This document shows, piece after piece, positions 60,902 through 64,000 of a stretch of DNA of 64,000 bases. This stretch comes from Thermoproteota archaeon (GTDB lineage Archaea; Thermoproteota; Thermoprotei_A; Sulfolobales; Acidilobaceae), in contig JAUQQR010000001.1 of NCBI GenBank assembly GCA_030549835.1, positions 2,753 to 66,752 on the forward strand. Reading direction: 5' to 3'. The position numbers and the translations under genes were made by a program. The notes beneath the pieces were generated by a model. The model searched no databases. It was not told the origin of the DNA and saw only the letters and a list, made by a program, of their open reading frames with translations. Within the stretch, counting starts at the first letter, position 1. Each line of letters begins with the position of its first letter.

Positions 60902-61625
60902 GCCTTAGAATATCTTTAAGTAATGGTATACTATGTATTTTATCTTCACTTAATAAACTCCATATTAGCCCTTTAGGTCTCTCTCCTCTATTTTCTACTC
61001 TAATAATTCTAGATGGGGTCACAATATAGTCTATAGGGACATCATAGGGGTCTTGCGGTATTCTATCTCTAAGTACCTGTAGATTGTGGACTGTTGTTGC
61101 TATCTTAATATCTGGATCTATGAGTTTAAGAGTTAGTAGTATAGCATACTCTAGCTCACCGTAACCCTCACCTTTACCGAGTCTTTCTCCATAAATATTT
61201 ACTACAACACTACCCTCAACTATAAAGTCTACTCTTTCTACTCTCCTAATAATTTCATTAATAGTTCTAAGCTTAACTCCAAGCTTAAAAGCCCCCCTAA
61301 TTGTTGAGGCTAGTCCATATAGCCTACTAGGTATTAGGTTTGGATCTAGTAGTATAAAGCCTTCACTAATTCTCGGTGTAGGCATTAGTAAGATTTTATT
61401 TTCATTTAAAGCTCTTAATCTAACCCATCTCTGTGGACTATCAGGATTTACTTTAATTACCTTAGCATTTCTCCACTCAGAAAGTCTTGTCAAGAGCTCT
61501 GCAGCTCTCTCTGCTCCTTCAAAGTTAGGTATTCTACCATGAGGTGGTAGTGGGGGTCTAGCTACACGCTTCTTAAGTAGAGTATCCCAAATAGTGTGTC
61601 TTAGGTGTTCTTTAGACTCTTTCAC
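60885..61625 (-). CDS. 5-formyltetrahydrofolate cyclo-ligase family (MTHFSD-like)
   Basis: GRIPNFEGA, KVNPDSPQ, PTPR, RLGKGEGYGELE, DVPID.IVTP. Confidence 0.88.
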   Translation of the reverse strand: MKESKEHLRHTIWDTLLKKRVARPPLPPHGRIPNFEGAERAAELLTRLSEWRNAKVIKVNPDSPQRWVRLRALNENKILLMPTPRISEGFILLDPNLIPSRLYGLASTIRGAFKLGVKLRTINEIIRRVERVDFIVEGSVVVNIYGERLGKGEGYGELEYAILLTLKLIDPDIKIATTVHNLQVLRDRIPQDPYDVPIDYIVTPSRIIRVENRGERPKGLIWSLLSEDKIHSIPLLKDILRLRSEA

Positions 61626-62360
61626 CTAGAAAATCCTCCTCAATACTCTTAATGTTTCAAGTCCGCTGTTGAAGTCTAGGGGTGAGGATAATAGTATGCC
61701 ATCTGGGTCTAGGCTTAAGCTTTTAAGCGTATCAGCTAGTCTTATAGCTTCTTGAGGCTCACATAGCTTATCTCTACCTAGTAATCTCAATAATTTATCT
61801 CTATTCTTCTCAGTCATGAGAATAATGTAAGGATATATTTTTGAGTTATAGGTTTTCGCCTCTCTAACTATATACTCTAAAACGTCTATATTGTTACTAG
61901 TTAAGTTTAATAATAGGTAGAAGCTAGCTCCTACTCTTAACCTCTTCATTATCTCATCAATACTCTTTCTTAAGCTAAGAGTCAGGCCAGGATCTATGTT
62001 GAGTTTTAAGCTTCTCACAGTACCAACAGCGTCTTCTGGCTCTATATCTCTTATAATTGTAGAGCCCTTAACAATATCACCTCTAATAAATAATATCCTC
62101 TCTACACCACATAAAGTTAAGCTCCCTACAATAGATTCTAGGGCAGCTCTACTAACATCTATAACCCTAAGGTGGGCTATAACCCTAGTATTCTCAGCTA
62201 TACTCTTGACAAGACAACTCACTATTGGAGAAGAGAACCTAGATGTACCCATAGGCGAGTCTGGGATATCTATCCAATCTACCAACTCAGCAATACTACT
62301 AACTCTATACCTGAGACTATCCCTACTCTTTACGGGTTCTAACTCAAATAAGATCTCCAA
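61626..62360 (-). CDS. Methylenetetrahydrofolate reductase-like protein
   Basis: ELEP, DIPDSPMG, IAHLRVID, FIRGD; adjacent to the cyclo-ligase gene. Confidence 0.7.
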   Translation of the reverse strand: MEILFELEPVKSRDSLRYRVSSIAELVDWIDIPDSPMGTSRFSSPIVSCLVKSIAENTRVIAHLRVIDVSRAALESIVGSLTLCGVERILFIRGDIVKGSTIIRDIEPEDAVGTVRSLKLNIDPGLTLSLRKSIDEIMKRLRVGASFYLLLNLTSNNIDVLEYIVREAKTYNSKIYPYIILMTEKNRDKLLRLLGRDKLCEPQEAIRLADTLKSLSLDPDGILLSSPLDFNSGLETLRVLRRIF

Positions 62361-62428
62361 CTTCTAAACCTAAGAGTATTGAAATTATTAGAGCCTATAA
62401 AGTTAAAAAGCTTAAAACTTCTCAATAC

Positions 62429-62874
62429 AACCTGAAAGCTTCGTAGTTTAGGGCAGAGACTATAAAGTATAGTCCATAATCTCTATAATTTTTAGTGTAT
62501 TATAGAGATAGCCGTGAAGGGTTAATAGCTGTTTTGGTGCGTTAGGTTTATAAGGGTTTTTGTAGGATTTTGGAAAAGTACTACTCTACTAGGGAGGTAA
62601 TGTTTATAAGCCTTATTCTCTCATCCTATCCTAGAGATAAAACTGCGAAGCTCGGAGCAGGAGGCACAACCCATCCTAAAAACCTAGGATGGGAAACGGC
62701 TATTCTCAACCATGCCTAGAGCTTAAGAGTACTAGGCATGCTATATTCATGTATTATGCCTTCCACGGCTATCCATAGCCTAAGACTGGGCGCAGGGCTG
62801 AACTCAGTAAAAACTGGGAATGTAGCCCTAAACCTCTCCAGAACACTCACCCTTTAGGGCGGAGAGGAGGTCAG
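62429..62874 (+). mobile_element. Family-C non-autonomous IS200/IS605-like element containing a nested family-B copy
   Basis: Left end ATAC|AACCTGAAAGCTTCGTAGTTTAGGGCAG and right end CCCTTTAGGGCGGAGAGGAGGTCAG both match 41295..41333; no ORF inside. Confidence 0.7.
62519..62699 (+). mobile_element. Family-B mini-element, internally deleted copy (181 bp, GG at both ends)
   Basis: Aligns with the reverse complement of 58729..58992; 9-bp hairpin CCCATCCTA/TAGGATGGG followed by AAACGG. Confidence 0.85.
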
Positions 62875-62987
62875 TCTTCCTATCTGAGACACATTATTAT
62901 ACTTGCTTTTCTAAGTATTTCAAGACTAGCTTTATAATAACTGCTAATAGCATTAAGTATTCGTAAAGTGGGGAGAGTTTGCTATGG

Positions 62988-63887
62988 TTAGACTCCATGA
63001 GATCCGAGATATAAGCCTATCATAGATATAAACATTAATATTAATATCCTCTTCTTATGGTTTAATATCTCAACTTTAGTAGGACTTCTAACTAGTTTTA
63101 TAGACTCATATACTACAATAATGTCTATGGGTATTATTACCGTTAAGTATGGAATAGAGTTAACTACACCTAGTATTGGGGGGATTAAGCTTATGGTTAC
63201 TGATGATATGTAGAGAGTTGAGGCTAACTTAGCAGCTGTATTTTCTCCGTAAGTATTGGCTATTGTCTTAACTCCAACTTTTAAATCGCCTTCTACATCG
63301 ATTATACCCTTAGCAATCTCTCTTCCAAGTACTGATAGAAATATCATTAGCCAGTATAGAAATGCTCTCATGTAATCACTACTACTCCACTCACCTGGGA
63401 GATAATAGTTCGCAAGTACTACTCCATAGACTAGAGGGAACGCTGTTAGAAAAGCTACAATTATATTCCCTATTAGTAATATCTTCTTACCTATAGCATT
63501 ATAGAAGTTAGCTAAAGCTAGGAAATATAGAGCTGTAATAGTTGTTAGAGGTACTGGTTGGACATTTAATGTTGATGTTAAACCTATAATTGCATATACT
63601 AATGAAGCTCTTAAAGCCGTATGTATATCAATCCTCCCAGAGGGTATAGGTCTCCATGGCGTGTTAAGCTTATCTGCCTCAACATCGAAGACATCATTTA
63701 TAGTCATAATAGAGAATACTATCATTAACCCAGCTACAGTAATAGCTAGAGCATCACCTAGAGGAATAAATACTGGAATATCGCCTGTCATAATGGCCAA
63801 GCCAAGAAATATAGATAAAACACCTAGTACAGCATTCATAGGCCTACCGAGCTCTAATAATGATAAGATAATCATAACTATACGCAT
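62988..63887 (-). CDS. UbiA-family prenyltransferase (likely digeranylgeranylglyceryl phosphate synthase)
   Basis: RPMN, INDVFDVEADKLNTPWRPIPSG, GNIIVA, REIAKGIIDVEGD...TIA. Confidence 0.85.
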   Translation of the reverse strand: MRIVMIILSLLELGRPMNAVLGVLSIFLGLAIMTGDIPVFIPLGDALAITVAGLMIVFSIMTINDVFDVEADKLNTPWRPIPSGRIDIHTALRASLVYAIIGLTSTLNVQPVPLTTITALYFLALANFYNAIGKKILLIGNIIVAFLTAFPLVYGVVLANYYLPGEWSSSDYMRAFLYWLMIFLSVLGREIAKGIIDVEGDLKVGVKTIANTYGENTAAKLASTLYISSVTISLIPPILGVVNSIPYLTVIIPIDIIVVYESIKLVRSPTKVEILNHKKRILILMFISMIGLYLGSHGV

Positions 63888-64000
63888 AGAGTAGCACCTT
63901 TTTCTTAACAGCTCATCTGTCGGTTCATGTTAGTTTACATCACCATCTCTTTGTTAACCTCTAGTATCCACTTTAAAGTAATACTAAACGTTGCTCTCAT

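Noticed and set aside
62700..62900. In-window trans targets for the putative guides
   Set aside because: No convincing second match to any element's 3' flank was found by eye in this window; a whole-genome and virome search is needed.
2048..63894. Many shadow ORFs in the track (e.g. 2048..2509, 4329..4607, 16578..17099, 19032..19511, 20891..21475, 34792..35271, 48623..48895, 61996..62367)
   Set aside because: They lie antisense or out of frame within well-supported genes and show no recognisable motifs.
1..64000. CRISPR array, cas genes, or an intact transposase/TnpB/integrase
   Set aside because: No regularly spaced repeat-spacer array and no such ORFs seen; the repeats found are dispersed or inverted.

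Overview
Archaeal, most likely crenarchaeal (Desulfurococcales/Acidilobales-like) chromosomal DNA, judged from L38e, S8e, SRP19, TFE-beta-like, EndA, CydAA' and the thiolase/HMGCS/DUF35 cluster. It carries about 58 protein genes: cytochrome c maturation, metal P1B-ATPases, a polysulfide/thiosulfate reductase operon, cytochrome bd, class II RNR, mevalonate/lipid synthesis and information processing. There are three intronless tRNAs (Thr-GGT, Leu-TAA, Phe-GAA). ccmF is frameshifted at a CT microsatellite, and a head-to-head fdhE/fdhD pair is decayed. No transposase, TnpB, Cas gene or CRISPR array is present. The main unannotated signal is a set of at least 8 non-coding dispersed elements in three families (A, B, C) that fill the larger intergenic gaps. 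They look like protein-less IS607- and IS200/IS605-derived mini-elements that keep a TATA-like motif fused to a tnpB-3'-end/omegaRNA-like segment. Two A copies form ~280-bp inverted repeats around one small gene, and one B copy is inserted at a GG inside a hairpin inside a C element. The repeats are seen directly; the IS and guide-RNA interpretation is inference. All alignments were done by eye.
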